DNA from: Candidatus Latescibacterota bacterium
GTDB taxonomy: Bacteria > Latescibacterota > UBA2968 > GCA-2709665
DNA: 64,000 nt
Direction of reading: 5' to 3'
NCBI GenBank assembly: GCA_965219455.1
Contig: OZ244744.1
Location: 960,001-1,024,000, forward strand
The notes under the pieces are model-generated. The model saw only the letters and a program-made list of their open reading frames with translations. It was not told the DNA's origin and searched no databases. A program made the position numbers and the translations under genes. Position 1 is the stretch's first letter; every line of letters starts with the position of its first letter. Shown here piece after piece: positions 19,742 through 29,296 of the stretch.

Positions 19742-20251
19742 TCAGGACGCAGGCTTGAAGAGGGTTACCAGACACCCGCCCAGCGCCGCCATCACGATTC
19801 CCAACACGAACTGCCAGCTCAGACCGCTCAATCCGCCGGCGGGCGGGTGCATGACCATCGACACCACCGCGTTTACGATAGGAGCGCCGGCAAATACGAT
19901 CGACATCACCACGGCAGGGGTGCCCCGGGCGCCGAAGGCCAGGAGAACGCCGAATGCGCCGATTGCGCCCACGGTGCCGGCCAGCAGAGACCATGTCAAC
20001 CCGCGCGCAGGAAACGACCAGTCCGCACCCTTGACCCAGAGAACAACCATCGAACCGATCACGGCGGTCAATAAATAGGCCACGCCCACGAGCAGGAATG
20101 CCTTGTACCGCCCGTTCACGGGATCGGCCATTGCGATCTGTCCGGTATGCAGAAATATTCCGTACAATCCCCACGACCCCACTGTCATCGCGGCAAAGAT
20201 CAACCAAGTCAGTCCTGATGACGAAGCCTGTTCGGCCGGCATAGAATCCAT
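19742..20251 (-). CDS. Small multi-pass membrane protein (EamA/DMT-like)
   Basis: About five hydrophobic helices; SWGLYG and GAPIVN motifs. Confidence 0.7.
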   Translation of the reverse strand: MDSMPAEQASSSGLTWLIFAAMTVGSWGLYGIFLHTGQIAMADPVNGRYKAFLLVGVAYLLTAVIGSMVVLWVKGADWSFPARGLTWSLLAGTVGAIGAFGVLLAFGARGTPAVVMSIVFAGAPIVNAVVSMVMHPPAGGLSGLSWQFVLGIVMAALGGCLVTLFKPAS

Positions 20252-20303
20252 CCTTTCCTGTCCCGATTGCGGATCGTGTTGACGCCCGCCGGGATCAAAC
20301 GCA

Positions 20304-21596
20304 TCAACCTGCAACGAATTGTCGATAAACGCCAAGCGTGGCGTCGGCCGTGCACTCGTCGCTGAACGCCCGGCGCACAGCCACCCGACCCGCTCTTCCC
20401 AATGCCTTACGTGTCTCCCTGTTCCTCATCATATGTGACAGACCCGCCGTGAGCGCCGCCGGAGAATCCGGATCGACCAGGATGCCTCCTCCAGTGCGTT
20501 CGACCAACTCCGGAAACGCCCCGTGCCGCGGCTGGACCACCGGCGTGCCGTTGGCCAGAGCCTCCAGCACGAACAGCCCCTTCGGCTCACGATACGGCGC
20601 CGGCACCGACAGAACATGGATGCTATTCAGGAATTCGATCTTCTGCTCCCGGTTCACTTCGCCGCGGTACTCGAATACGTCGGAGAGCCCGTGGACGTCC
20701 AACTGCGCGGCGACCTCCCGAAAATACGTCCTGTCCCGTCCGCCGAGATATCCCGCCGCCAGGAGCCTCACGTTCTCTTTGCCGACCTCTCCTGCCAACC
20801 GCCGGAAAGCATCCGCCAGAAGATGCAACCCCTTTTCCGGTGCAATGCGCGCCATATACCCGATTGTAAACGGGGTTTCCGGCAACGTCCGTTCGCACGA
20901 GCCGTGGCCGTCGAGGCTGATGCCCAGGCGGACAACGTGGATCCGGTCCCGCGGCGCGCCCAGGTATGCCGCCATGAAATCCGCGTACCAATCGCAGGTC
21001 GCCACGAATGCGTCGACGTCGCGCGCCCGATCCCGCAGCAGTTCCAACGCCTCGTTGCGATACGGTTCGGTCAATGCCTCGAGAAAGATATCCTCTCCCT
21101 GAACGGAACACACAACGGGAACGCCCAGTTCCCGTTTCATCTCGCGCGCCATCCCCAGAAACATGGAATTGGACAGATGAACCAGATCCGGCCGCAGGTC
21201 GTCTCTCAACCACCGAACCAGCTTTCCGAGTTCTTTCTTCTGCGCCCCCAGTTCACCCTTCAGCATGGAAACGGTGAGCGCCCCCAGATCTTCCGCGCGT
21301 GTCGAACCGCTGAACCACGATAGAGATTTCAACAGCACGCGTCCGTTCAGGAGGCGGTCGACAAAATCCGGCGCATGGCGGAACAGCTTCGACTTCTGCT
21401 GCAAATAGACGTTGATTCCACCGTAGAACACCCGGTCGATGCTCGCATCGGGCTCGTCGGTCCGCAAGGGCGTATAGGTTGGAATCAGTGCGATATCCAC
21501 GCCCTTGCGCTTGAGCGCGGCGGCCAGCGTATTGTCGTGAATGCAACTCCCGCAGTACATCCCGGCCGCGCCAGCGGCGATGTGCGCAACCCGCAT
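20304..21596 (-). CDS. Glycosyltransferase family 4 with an N-terminal CxxC motif
   Basis: GYMARIAPEKG, EPKGLFVLEALANGTPVV..HGAFPE; N-terminus MRVAHIAAGAAGMYCGSCIHD. Confidence 0.88.
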   Translation of the reverse strand: MRVAHIAAGAAGMYCGSCIHDNTLAAALKRKGVDIALIPTYTPLRTDEPDASIDRVFYGGINVYLQQKSKLFRHAPDFVDRLLNGRVLLKSLSWFSGSTRAEDLGALTVSMLKGELGAQKKELGKLVRWLRDDLRPDLVHLSNSMFLGMAREMKRELGVPVVCSVQGEDIFLEALTEPYRNEALELLRDRARDVDAFVATCDWYADFMAAYLGAPRDRIHVVRLGISLDGHGSCERTLPETPFTIGYMARIAPEKGLHLLADAFRRLAGEVGKENVRLLAAGYLGGRDRTYFREVAAQLDVHGLSDVFEYRGEVNREQKIEFLNSIHVLSVPAPYREPKGLFVLEALANGTPVVQPRHGAFPELVERTGGGILVDPDSPAALTAGLSHMMRNRETRKALGRAGRVAVRRAFSDECTADATLGVYRQFVAG

Positions 21597-21802
21597 TGGA
21601 CGATCCGCCTTCAAATCATTCGCGAGAATCGAAATGCCGTCGCCCGAGGCCATCGTCCGGGGCCGGCATGCACGCCGGAACAACGCCGCAACGGTCAAAC
21701 ACGTCCGAAGACTTCGTGGACCGGAAGGCTGGACACGTGCCGGAATCGTCGGAACCCGGCCGTTCCGGCCAATCCACGGTTCGATACACCTGACGATCGG
21801 GA

Positions 21803-23062
21803 TCAGACAGCGGACCCGGCGTAATGAGTTACGTCCTCGGGCAGATTGCACATCTGTCCCATCGGTTCGAATATTGGTGTGACGTCGTTGATGTAGATCC
21901 TGCCGCTCAGAATATCCACGATACCGTTCAGACACTCGGGATGCGCTTCGAGGAATCGGCTGAAGCTGAATTCCTTCGTATAAAATGCATACACGAGCTT
22001 TCGAATGGCTTCCATTCCGGGAATAAACTCGCCGCCCCATCTGCCGAGTTGCTTCGCCGAGAAATCGTCTTTTTCGAACGCCTCATGAATCGCGTCAGCC
22101 GCCATCTCACCCGATTTGAGCGCGAGGAACACACCGGAGGAATATACGGGATCCAGAAACCCGTACGCATCGCCAACCAGCACCCAGCCGTCTCCGGCAA
22201 CCGAACGGGCCCGATACGAGAAGTCACGGGTCACTTTCATTGGGAACATCTGCTCTGCCCCTTCCAGCCGTTCTTTCATCGGCCGGCACTGCTGCAATTC
22301 TTCCTCGAAAATTACCTGCGGGGTTCCGTCGCGGTTCTGAAGCAGATGGTGGATATCGCCAACCACGCCGACGCTCTCTACGTCGTCGGCCAGCGGAATG
22401 TACCAGAACCAGGCGTCTTTCGTGCGGGTGTGCAGGATCAGCGTTGCCCCCTCGTCGATCCCCTGATCTCGATATCCGCCTCGAAAATGTGTGAACAGGG
22501 ATGCCTTCCGCAATGCGGGCTCTTCCGTCTTGATCCTCAGTTTTCGGGAAATCAGCGCGCTGCGCCCCGTGGCATCCACTATCACGCGGGCCGACACATC
22601 TCTCACGCCGCCGTCCAGGGTTTTTGCCCGAACCCCCGTGGCGCGGTTGCCCGCGAAATGCACCTGGTTAACGGCCGCGCCAAGCTCCACGTGCGCCCCT
22701 TTCTCCCGGGCATTGTCCAGCATCATCTGGTCGAACTCGCTTCGCAGCACCTGCCACGTGATCGAACTCTCGTGGGGATCGTGTTTATGAAAATAGAACG
22801 GCGCCGATCCACGGCCCGTACCACCGAAAAACTGTACGCTGTATTTCCTCACAAACGCGCTGTTCTTCAGCTTATCCAGCACGCCCAGCCGCTTGAACGA
22901 CCAGTAGGTTCCGGGCATCAGCGACTCGCCGATCTGAAACCGGGGAAATTGCGCTCTCTCGAGCAACAGCACACGGTGGCCGTACTCCGCTACCAGAGCC
23001 GCGGTGGTGCTCCCCGCAGGCCCGCCGCCGATCACAACAACGTCGAAATGATCCGAAGACAT
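21803..23062 (-). CDS. FAD-dependent halogenase-like oxidoreductase (CmlS/CndH-type)
   Basis: GGGPAG, FPRFQIGESL, FVRK, WFWYIP (WxWxIP), GDAYGFLDPVYSSGV. Confidence 0.82.
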   Translation of the reverse strand: MSSDHFDVVVIGGGPAGSTTAALVAEYGHRVLLLERAQFPRFQIGESLMPGTYWSFKRLGVLDKLKNSAFVRKYSVQFFGGTGRGSAPFYFHKHDPHESSITWQVLRSEFDQMMLDNAREKGAHVELGAAVNQVHFAGNRATGVRAKTLDGGVRDVSARVIVDATGRSALISRKLRIKTEEPALRKASLFTHFRGGYRDQGIDEGATLILHTRTKDAWFWYIPLADDVESVGVVGDIHHLLQNRDGTPQVIFEEELQQCRPMKERLEGAEQMFPMKVTRDFSYRARSVAGDGWVLVGDAYGFLDPVYSSGVFLALKSGEMAADAIHEAFEKDDFSAKQLGRWGGEFIPGMEAIRKLVYAFYTKEFSFSRFLEAHPECLNGIVDILSGRIYINDVTPIFEPMGQMCNLPEDVTHYAGSAV

Positions 23063-23081
23063 ATCACCATTCCGCGTGAAC

Positions 23082-24362
23082 TCAATCTCTATGGTCCGTA
23101 AACCGGTTCGCTTTCAATTCGTACCGGGGCAATGAGTTCCTGGTTACGGTCAGGACCCGCGCGCGAATCCCCAGGGCCCTCCTCAGTTCCTTCGCCACGT
23201 CATCTGCGACGGAATGCGCCGTTTCTTTTCCTGTCTCCAAACGAATTTCCATTTCGTCCAGTGAACGGCGCCGATGAACGTCGACGGCGAACTCGGTCAC
23301 TGCCGGGAAAGCCCGTACCACGTTCTCGATTGAACTGGGATATACAATGACGCCGCGGACAATCATCGCTCCGTCGATGCGCCCGATCACGCCGCCATCC
23401 AGGCGGAGAAACGCGGACCCACACGCGCATACCCCCTGCGCCCGCTTCTTCACCCGGTCTCCGGTGCGATAACGGATCACCGGCATTCCCAGCCGCCCCA
23501 GGTTCGTCAGGACCAGTTCTCCCTCTTCGGCATGCGCGCCCGTATCGGGATCGATGATTTCGCAGATAAACTCCGCTTCGTTCACGTGCATGCCGGTTCG
23601 AGCTGCGCATTCGTACCCCCAGGCCCCGACCTCGGTGGCGCCTGCGTGGTCGTAGCACCTGGCCCCCCAAGCCGCCTCGATACGCCGTCTCGTGGACGGC
23701 AGACCCGCCCCCGGTTCACCCGCATGAATCGTGGTCCGAATGCACGATCCGGCTATGTCGATCCCTTCGGCCTCCGCCACCTCAGCCAGATGCAGCGCGT
23801 ACGTCGGCGTACAGATCAGAACCGTCGCCCGGTGTTCGTTGACGGCCTGAAGCCGTTGGATGGAGGACATCGAACCGCCCGTAATGGCCATCGCGCCGAT
23901 CTGCCGCGCACTCTCATGGGCCGTCCAGAACCCGATAAACGGTCCGAAGGAAAATGCGAAGAACAGGCGATCGGCGGGCGTCACCGCGGCCCCGCGATAC
24001 ACCTTCCGCCAGCAGCCGGAAAACCATCCCCAGCTTTCCGGGGTGTCCAGCCAGCGCAGGGGGTTGCCCGTGGTGCCCGACGTCTGATGTACCCGGATGT
24101 AATTCGCCAGGGGAAACGTCAGATTTGACCCGTACGGAGGGGTTGCGTCCTGGTCGGCCGACAGTTCATCCTTGGTCGTAAAGGGCAGACGGCGATAGTC
24201 CTCAAGCGACTGAACATCCCCCGGCCCCGAAAGTCCGGCCACTGCCAGCTTTTCTCTATAAAAGGCGTTGTCCGTTAAGACCGGGACAAGCACTTCGCGC
24301 AGGCGACCCAACTGCGACGCAACCAGTCCGCACCGGTCCGGCTCCGGGTTAACCGAACTCAT
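23082..24362 (-). CDS. Phenylacetate-CoA ligase (PaaK)-like adenylating enzyme
   Basis: LPFTTKDEL, HQTSGTTGNP, HAGEPG, DHAGATE, RYRTGD, C-terminal LPRYELKANR. Confidence 0.88.
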   Translation of the reverse strand: MSSVNPEPDRCGLVASQLGRLREVLVPVLTDNAFYREKLAVAGLSGPGDVQSLEDYRRLPFTTKDELSADQDATPPYGSNLTFPLANYIRVHQTSGTTGNPLRWLDTPESWGWFSGCWRKVYRGAAVTPADRLFFAFSFGPFIGFWTAHESARQIGAMAITGGSMSSIQRLQAVNEHRATVLICTPTYALHLAEVAEAEGIDIAGSCIRTTIHAGEPGAGLPSTRRRIEAAWGARCYDHAGATEVGAWGYECAARTGMHVNEAEFICEIIDPDTGAHAEEGELVLTNLGRLGMPVIRYRTGDRVKKRAQGVCACGSAFLRLDGGVIGRIDGAMIVRGVIVYPSSIENVVRAFPAVTEFAVDVHRRRSLDEMEIRLETGKETAHSVADDVAKELRRALGIRARVLTVTRNSLPRYELKANRFTDHRD

Positions 24363-26473
24363 AGCTCGACCTGGAAGGCGCTGTGTAACCCGAAAGGCTG
24401 CGCCGGAATCACCGACATGGCGCCAAAACCGCGTGTTTCATATTTGCGACCGGTCAGGTTCCTGGCATTGAGCCGGATGGTCGCCTGCTTGTACGTGTAC
24501 GATATAGAGGCGTCAAGGGTCAATACTCCGCGAATTTCGTATTGGTTGTCCTCGGCGATGAACTGGCTTGCCACATAGCGGGCGCCCATCCCGAGCTCGA
24601 GCCCATTACCGGATGCCAATGCGGTCCAAAGATTCAGGATATGACGCGGCGAGAAGGCCGGCCTGTTGCCGGATCGGTCCACGTGCCGGAACGTCACTCC
24701 GGTGGCCGTGGGCACCGGTACCATCTCCGTGAACCGCGTCAGTTCGGTGTCTGAGTACGCGTATGACAGGAACACGTGGCATGACCCCACGGGACGGGCC
24801 ATCAGTTCCAGTTCCATACCCCGGGACCGCTGGTCGCCGTCCTGTTTTGTCACGCCTGTCGCATCGGGTATTCCGATACCGTACTTCCGAAGATCGAAGA
24901 ACGCAACAGTCGCATGAAGCGTTTTGTCGACAAGATATCGTTTGGCGCCCAACTCGAATTGCGTGCTGGCTTCGACGTCCCTCGGACCCGCCACCAGGCT
25001 GGACGGCGGCGCGAAAGCCCGGCCCGCGCTGGCATAGAAGGACAGGTCGTCCTCGGGCGACAATACGACGCCCGCCATCGGACTCCACTCGCTATATTCT
25101 CTGGCCGTTGCGGTTACTGGATCTTCGTACGTGATCCGATCGAATCGGCCACCGGCAAAGGCCTGGAAGAAATCCGAGAATACAACTCGGTCTACCACGT
25201 AAGGCGCAACGACACCGCTCGTGGCGTCCGCCCCGCGTGACTGGCCCGGCACGACAAAAAATGGCAGCGTCGCCGTTTCAACCGGTTCATACAGGTCTAT
25301 ATTCGGCAGGACCGCCACGTCGAGTGTAAACCTGTCCTTCCATTGCATCAACTCCAGGCCCGCCAACAGCGTATGCCTCGTCCGTCCCGCAGAAAAGGCA
25401 AACACGAACTCCAGCTGATTGCCCAGCACCTTCTGCCGGTCGTCGAGCAGCAGGAGTGTCCGGATCAGGTCAAGACCCCCGCCCGCGTTCGGATATGCAC
25501 CGTTAAACAGCGTGCCGTTGGAGACCCAGGAAAAATCCGTGTAATACAGTTTGTTCCGCAGCGTCACACGCGGCGACAACCGGGACCGCAAGTCCACCCT
25601 CACACGGACAATCTCCTGATCGGATACGTCGAATGGAGACTGGTAGGAACGCGTGCGGGGCACGCCTGCCAATTGACCTCCCACCACCGGCAACCCCGAA
25701 TCCGATTTGTATTCGCTGGTCACGTATTCAAAATTCGCCGTGGCCGTCGTCCTCTCGTTTCGCCAGGTTACCGCCGGATTCATCGCCCAGATGCCGCTGT
25801 TCTTGTCATCCCGGTAGTTGTCCGAAACCTGCCTGAGCCCGTTGAAGCGCAGGGCCATGTTCCGAGCGGCATCCGCCCAACCCGCGTCTATGCTACCTCG
25901 AAAATTCCGAAACGGCCCATAAGCGCCCGTCACCCCGAGCATGCGCTTGAAGATGGGCTGCTTGCGGCTCAGATTGACCGATCCGGAGAGTGGATTGCCG
26001 CCGTAGAGAAACGCTCCGGGACCTTTCAGTACTTCCACCCTCTCCAGATTGTAGAGATTGTAGAATGAAGCCTCCGGCTCGGAAGCTCCGTCCGTCAACA
26101 CGAGCCCGCTGGACAACGAATCAAACCCGCGAATGACGAAAAAATCCGTCACGCCGAAGACGGTCTGGACGTTTACGCCGCTCACGTTTCGAAGCGCGTC
26201 GCCGAGAACAACACCGCTCTGATGATCGAACAATCCGCGATTGACCACGCTGACGCTGGCGGGTGTTTCGCTCAGTAGTACCGGTACCTTGCTCGCTACG
26301 GAACTGATCGTGGCAATCTTCTCTTTGCTCTCCGTGACCACGATTTCTTCGCCGACGTAAACGGGAAGGGCATCTTCGCCATCCTTGCCGGGCTTATCAT
26401 CCGCGGCAAACAGGACGTTTCCAAACAGACACAGAAAAATGGCAGACAGCAAACCCGTTCGGCATATAGACAT
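24359..26473 (-). CDS. TonB-dependent receptor
   Basis: Signal peptide, TonB-box-like EEIVVT, plug motif LERVEVLKGP, NARNLTGRKY and a terminal beta-strand. Stop overlaps the PaaK-like start (ATGA). Confidence 0.92.
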   Translation of the reverse strand: MSICRTGLLSAIFLCLFGNVLFAADDKPGKDGEDALPVYVGEEIVVTESKEKIATISSVASKVPVLLSETPASVSVVNRGLFDHQSGVVLGDALRNVSGVNVQTVFGVTDFFVIRGFDSLSSGLVLTDGASEPEASFYNLYNLERVEVLKGPGAFLYGGNPLSGSVNLSRKQPIFKRMLGVTGAYGPFRNFRGSIDAGWADAARNMALRFNGLRQVSDNYRDDKNSGIWAMNPAVTWRNERTTATANFEYVTSEYKSDSGLPVVGGQLAGVPRTRSYQSPFDVSDQEIVRVRVDLRSRLSPRVTLRNKLYYTDFSWVSNGTLFNGAYPNAGGGLDLIRTLLLLDDRQKVLGNQLEFVFAFSAGRTRHTLLAGLELMQWKDRFTLDVAVLPNIDLYEPVETATLPFFVVPGQSRGADATSGVVAPYVVDRVVFSDFFQAFAGGRFDRITYEDPVTATAREYSEWSPMAGVVLSPEDDLSFYASAGRAFAPPSSLVAGPRDVEASTQFELGAKRYLVDKTLHATVAFFDLRKYGIGIPDATGVTKQDGDQRSRGMELELMARPVGSCHVFLSYAYSDTELTRFTEMVPVPTATGVTFRHVDRSGNRPAFSPRHILNLWTALASGNGLELGMGARYVASQFIAEDNQYEIRGVLTLDASISYTYKQATIRLNARNLTGRKYETRGFGAMSVIPAQPFGLHSAFQVEL

Positions 26474-26500
26474 CACGCGATTTCCTCTCCACATTCCAAT

Positions 26501-27721
26501 CTATCCGCCCGGCATGAGATCCAGGCAGACGATTTTACGCATATCCCGCACGAACACACGGCCATTGGCCAGGGTTGGCCCCGTCCAGCTTCGGCCGGAA
26601 AGCACCTGCACGCCGGCCTTCTCCTGAAATCCTTCAGGCGAAGCCATTGCCAGGGCAAGCCTGCCGTTGTCGCTTAAAATGATGAGATGCCCGTCTGCAT
26701 AGATCAACGAGCCCTTGCCATACCCGCGGTGCTTCCATTGCTCTTTTCCGGTCCGGGCTTCTATACATTTCAGGATGGCATTGTCGAATCCATAAATATA
26801 GTCCCCGATCAACACGGACGTGCCGAAATGATTCTTCATCCGCCGGTTCTCCCACACTCTGGCGGCCGCTATTCCGTCGCTCCCTGCCTCAATCCGCAGT
26901 AAAGCTGCGCCATGATCGTAGCCCGACGAGATAAAGATCTGATCTGGAGGCACAAAAACGGGTGTGGCAATATTCAGATCGTACGAGGTCCTCCATGGGA
27001 ACCGCCAATAGAGGGTCCCGTCCACCGGCGAAAGCCCGACCGCGGCTTCACCCGAAAAATAGACCACCTGCCGCACGCCCGCGAGATCCAGCGTAATGGG
27101 CGATGAATAAGACGCCACGTCGCTTTGAGACGCCCATTTGAGTTTACCGCTGTCTTTGAACAACGCGAGAAATGTGCCCGGCGATGTGCTCGCCTCCAGG
27201 AACAACAGGTCGCCTTCCACCAGCGGCGACGTTGAAAATCCGAACCGTGGGAACCGGCCGCCCAGGCCGTCGACCAGATCCAGGGCCCAGATCCTTTTGC
27301 CGTTTTCAACGTTCAACGCGTACAACCAGCCCTCCGCGCCAAGGACATAGACCCGTTCTCCATCTACCGTCGGCTGTGAACGCGGTCCGTTGCCCCCCTG
27401 CCACTCCTTGAAGTTCCCCCCGGTCCTGACCCGCCATATTTCAGCGCCCGATTCCTCATTCAGACAGATGACAAACTCATCGTCATCCGCGGCAAACATG
27501 GTGAACACCCGGCCATTCGCCACCGAAATCCCCGAAAACCCCTCGCCAAGATTCTTCTTCCAGACAACGCCCGGGCCGGCCTGCGGCCAGGCCTTCAGAA
27601 ATCCGGTTTCCTGAGAGACGCCGGTCCGATCCGGCCCCAACCACTGCGGCCAGTCGGCGTGGACGGATTGGACGCCAGACAGGAACAATACCGCGGCCAA
27701 TGTGGCAATTCCACGTACCAT
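26501..27721 (-). CDS. Secreted PQQ-binding-like beta-propeller protein
   Basis: Signal peptide ending VHA, DWPQWLGP, SYSSP and Trp-docking repeats. Confidence 0.88.
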   Translation of the reverse strand: MVRGIATLAAVLFLSGVQSVHADWPQWLGPDRTGVSQETGFLKAWPQAGPGVVWKKNLGEGFSGISVANGRVFTMFAADDDEFVICLNEESGAEIWRVRTGGNFKEWQGGNGPRSQPTVDGERVYVLGAEGWLYALNVENGKRIWALDLVDGLGGRFPRFGFSTSPLVEGDLLFLEASTSPGTFLALFKDSGKLKWASQSDVASYSSPITLDLAGVRQVVYFSGEAAVGLSPVDGTLYWRFPWRTSYDLNIATPVFVPPDQIFISSGYDHGAALLRIEAGSDGIAAARVWENRRMKNHFGTSVLIGDYIYGFDNAILKCIEARTGKEQWKHRGYGKGSLIYADGHLIILSDNGRLALAMASPEGFQEKAGVQVLSGRSWTGPTLANGRVFVRDMRKIVCLDLMPGG

Positions 27722-27787
27722 GCGTTCTCCTTTTCGGACCTGCACGGACCCTCCAGCGGCGCGATTGGCGTTCGTTGGTTGCGTTAC

Positions 27788-27908
27788 CCGGGTTGAGCTT
27801 GTCGAAACGAATCTGTCGAAACGTGGTCATTGTACTTGTCGAAACGCCCGCGTTTCGCTACCCTTCGACAGGCTCAGGGCGCCGGCTCGGGGACCGGCTC
27901 AGGGTCCG
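27788..27908. repeat. REP-like cluster (CCCTTCGACAGGCTCAGGG family)
   Basis: gagcttgtcgaaac and cccttcgacaggctcaggg; inverted relative of 33016-33135. Confidence 0.75.
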
Positions 27909-27949
27909 GGTTCAGTGCCCAGGCACGCTACGGATCACATAGGCCGGGT

Positions 27950-29296
27950 TCAGGTGTACCTTGAATCCCTGTAGACCTCGTGATAAAACTCCGGTAGCAA
28001 CTGGTCGACACGTAACAACCCCTCGCGACTCAACCTGACCTCCCGTGCATCGAAATCCAACATTCCGAAACCCCTCAGCCTCCCGTAGGCCTCGCTGAAC
28101 CGCTCGAGGATATTCACGCCGAATTTTTCCTTGAAATAGCCGGTCTCGATCCTTCCGAGCTTGAGTTGGAGGATCATCTCGCGAACAAGACGCTCCTCGT
28201 CGGTAGGAACAAAGGACCTGTTCAGCGGCAACCGCTCCTGCCGGCAGGCCTCGACATAGGGATCCCACTGCGTGTGGTTCTGAAAGTGTATACCGCCCAC
28301 GTGGGAAAACGACGCGACTCCCGCGCCGATCAGGTCCGCGCTGCGCCAGAGCGCGTCGCGATAGACAAACCGCTTCAATCGACCCTTCCTTACGAGCGTA
28401 TAAGCGCTCGACGTCTCGTAGCCCGCGGCCTCGAACGCGTCAATCGCATGGTCATGCCACGCACGCTTCGTCTCCCAATCGGCCACACTCAGTCTACTCC
28501 CATCCAGGATCGACCTGGAATACGTGGTATTGAACGGAAGTTCCATCTGATAGATGGTGACGCTGTCCGGGTCCAGGTCAATCGTGCCCTGCACCGTCTC
28601 CTTCCATGTCTTCCAGGTCTCGCCCACCATCCCCGAAATCAGGTCCACGTTCACCTGCGCGAATTCCTGCGACTTCACCCATCCCATGGCCTCGTAAATC
28701 TCTTTTCCGACGTGCGCGCGGCCGTTCTCTCTCAGAATCTCATCGTTCAGGTTCTCCAATCCCAGGCTCAATCGCGTTACGCCGATCTCGCGAATGGCCT
28801 CCACCTTGGGCCTGGAGAGTGTACCCGGCTCGCACTCGAACGCCACCTCTTCGGCGCCGTCCCAGGTCATTACGGCTTTCAACCGATCCACCAGCGCCTC
28901 CAGGTGTTTTACACTGATATAAGACGGCGTCCCTCCTCCAAAATAGACGAATTGCAGGCTGCGTCCGGCAATTCTGGGCAGGCCGGCGTAATATTCCACC
29001 TCTCCGGCCAACGCGTCCAGATAGACCTGGATCTCCGAACTGTTGCGATCCGTGTACACCCGGAAATAGCAGAACTTGCACCGCTTCCTGCAGAACGGGA
29101 TATGCAGGTACAGGCCAAGAGGCGCCCGCCGCGCCGACGGATCCACCGTGTGCAGCATATCCACGACCTGCGGGTTGTGCTCATCCTGCCAGAACGAATA
29201 GGGCGGATAGTTGGAAACGAACACACTGCCGACCTGTGTTTCCTTCCAGTCTTTCCTGGAGGTTGCAGGTTCCGGAACGTGAACTTGTGCGGTCAT
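27950..29296 (-). CDS. HemN-like (class C type) radical SAM enzyme
   Basis: YLHIPFCRKRCKFCYF (CxxxCxxC), YFGGGTPS, RLSLG, NVDLI and a HemN C-terminal-like region. Confidence 0.9.
   Translation of the reverse strand: MTAQVHVPEPATSRKDWKETQVGSVFVSNYPPYSFWQDEHNPQVVDMLHTVDPSARRAPLGLYLHIPFCRKRCKFCYFRVYTDRNSSEIQVYLDALAGEVEYYAGLPRIAGRSLQFVYFGGGTPSYISVKHLEALVDRLKAVMTWDGAEEVAFECEPGTLSRPKVEAIREIGVTRLSLGLENLNDEILRENGRAHVGKEIYEAMGWVKSQEFAQVNVDLISGMVGETWKTWKETVQGTIDLDPDSVTIYQMELPFNTTYSRSILDGSRLSVADWETKRAWHDHAIDAFEAAGYETSSAYTLVRKGRLKRFVYRDALWRSADLIGAGVASFSHVGGIHFQNHTQWDPYVEACRQERLPLNRSFVPTDEERLVREMILQLKLGRIETGYFKEKFGVNILERFSEAYGRLRGFGMLDFDAREVRLSREGLLRVDQLLPEFYHEVYRDSRYT

Noticed and set aside
19557-20207. 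Long N-terminal extension of the thioesterase ORF (apparent fusion)
   Set aside because: It overlaps the DMT-like gene in another frame and a repeat; a good RBS precedes 19556.
23082-24362. Phenylacetate catabolic operon (paaK)
   Set aside because: No paaABCDE, paaG or paaZ nearby, so no gene symbol was assigned.
27950-29296. Heme-biosynthetic hemN or a heme-utilisation locus (with the TonB receptor)
   Set aside because: No other hem, chu or hut genes, and a divergent N-terminal motif.
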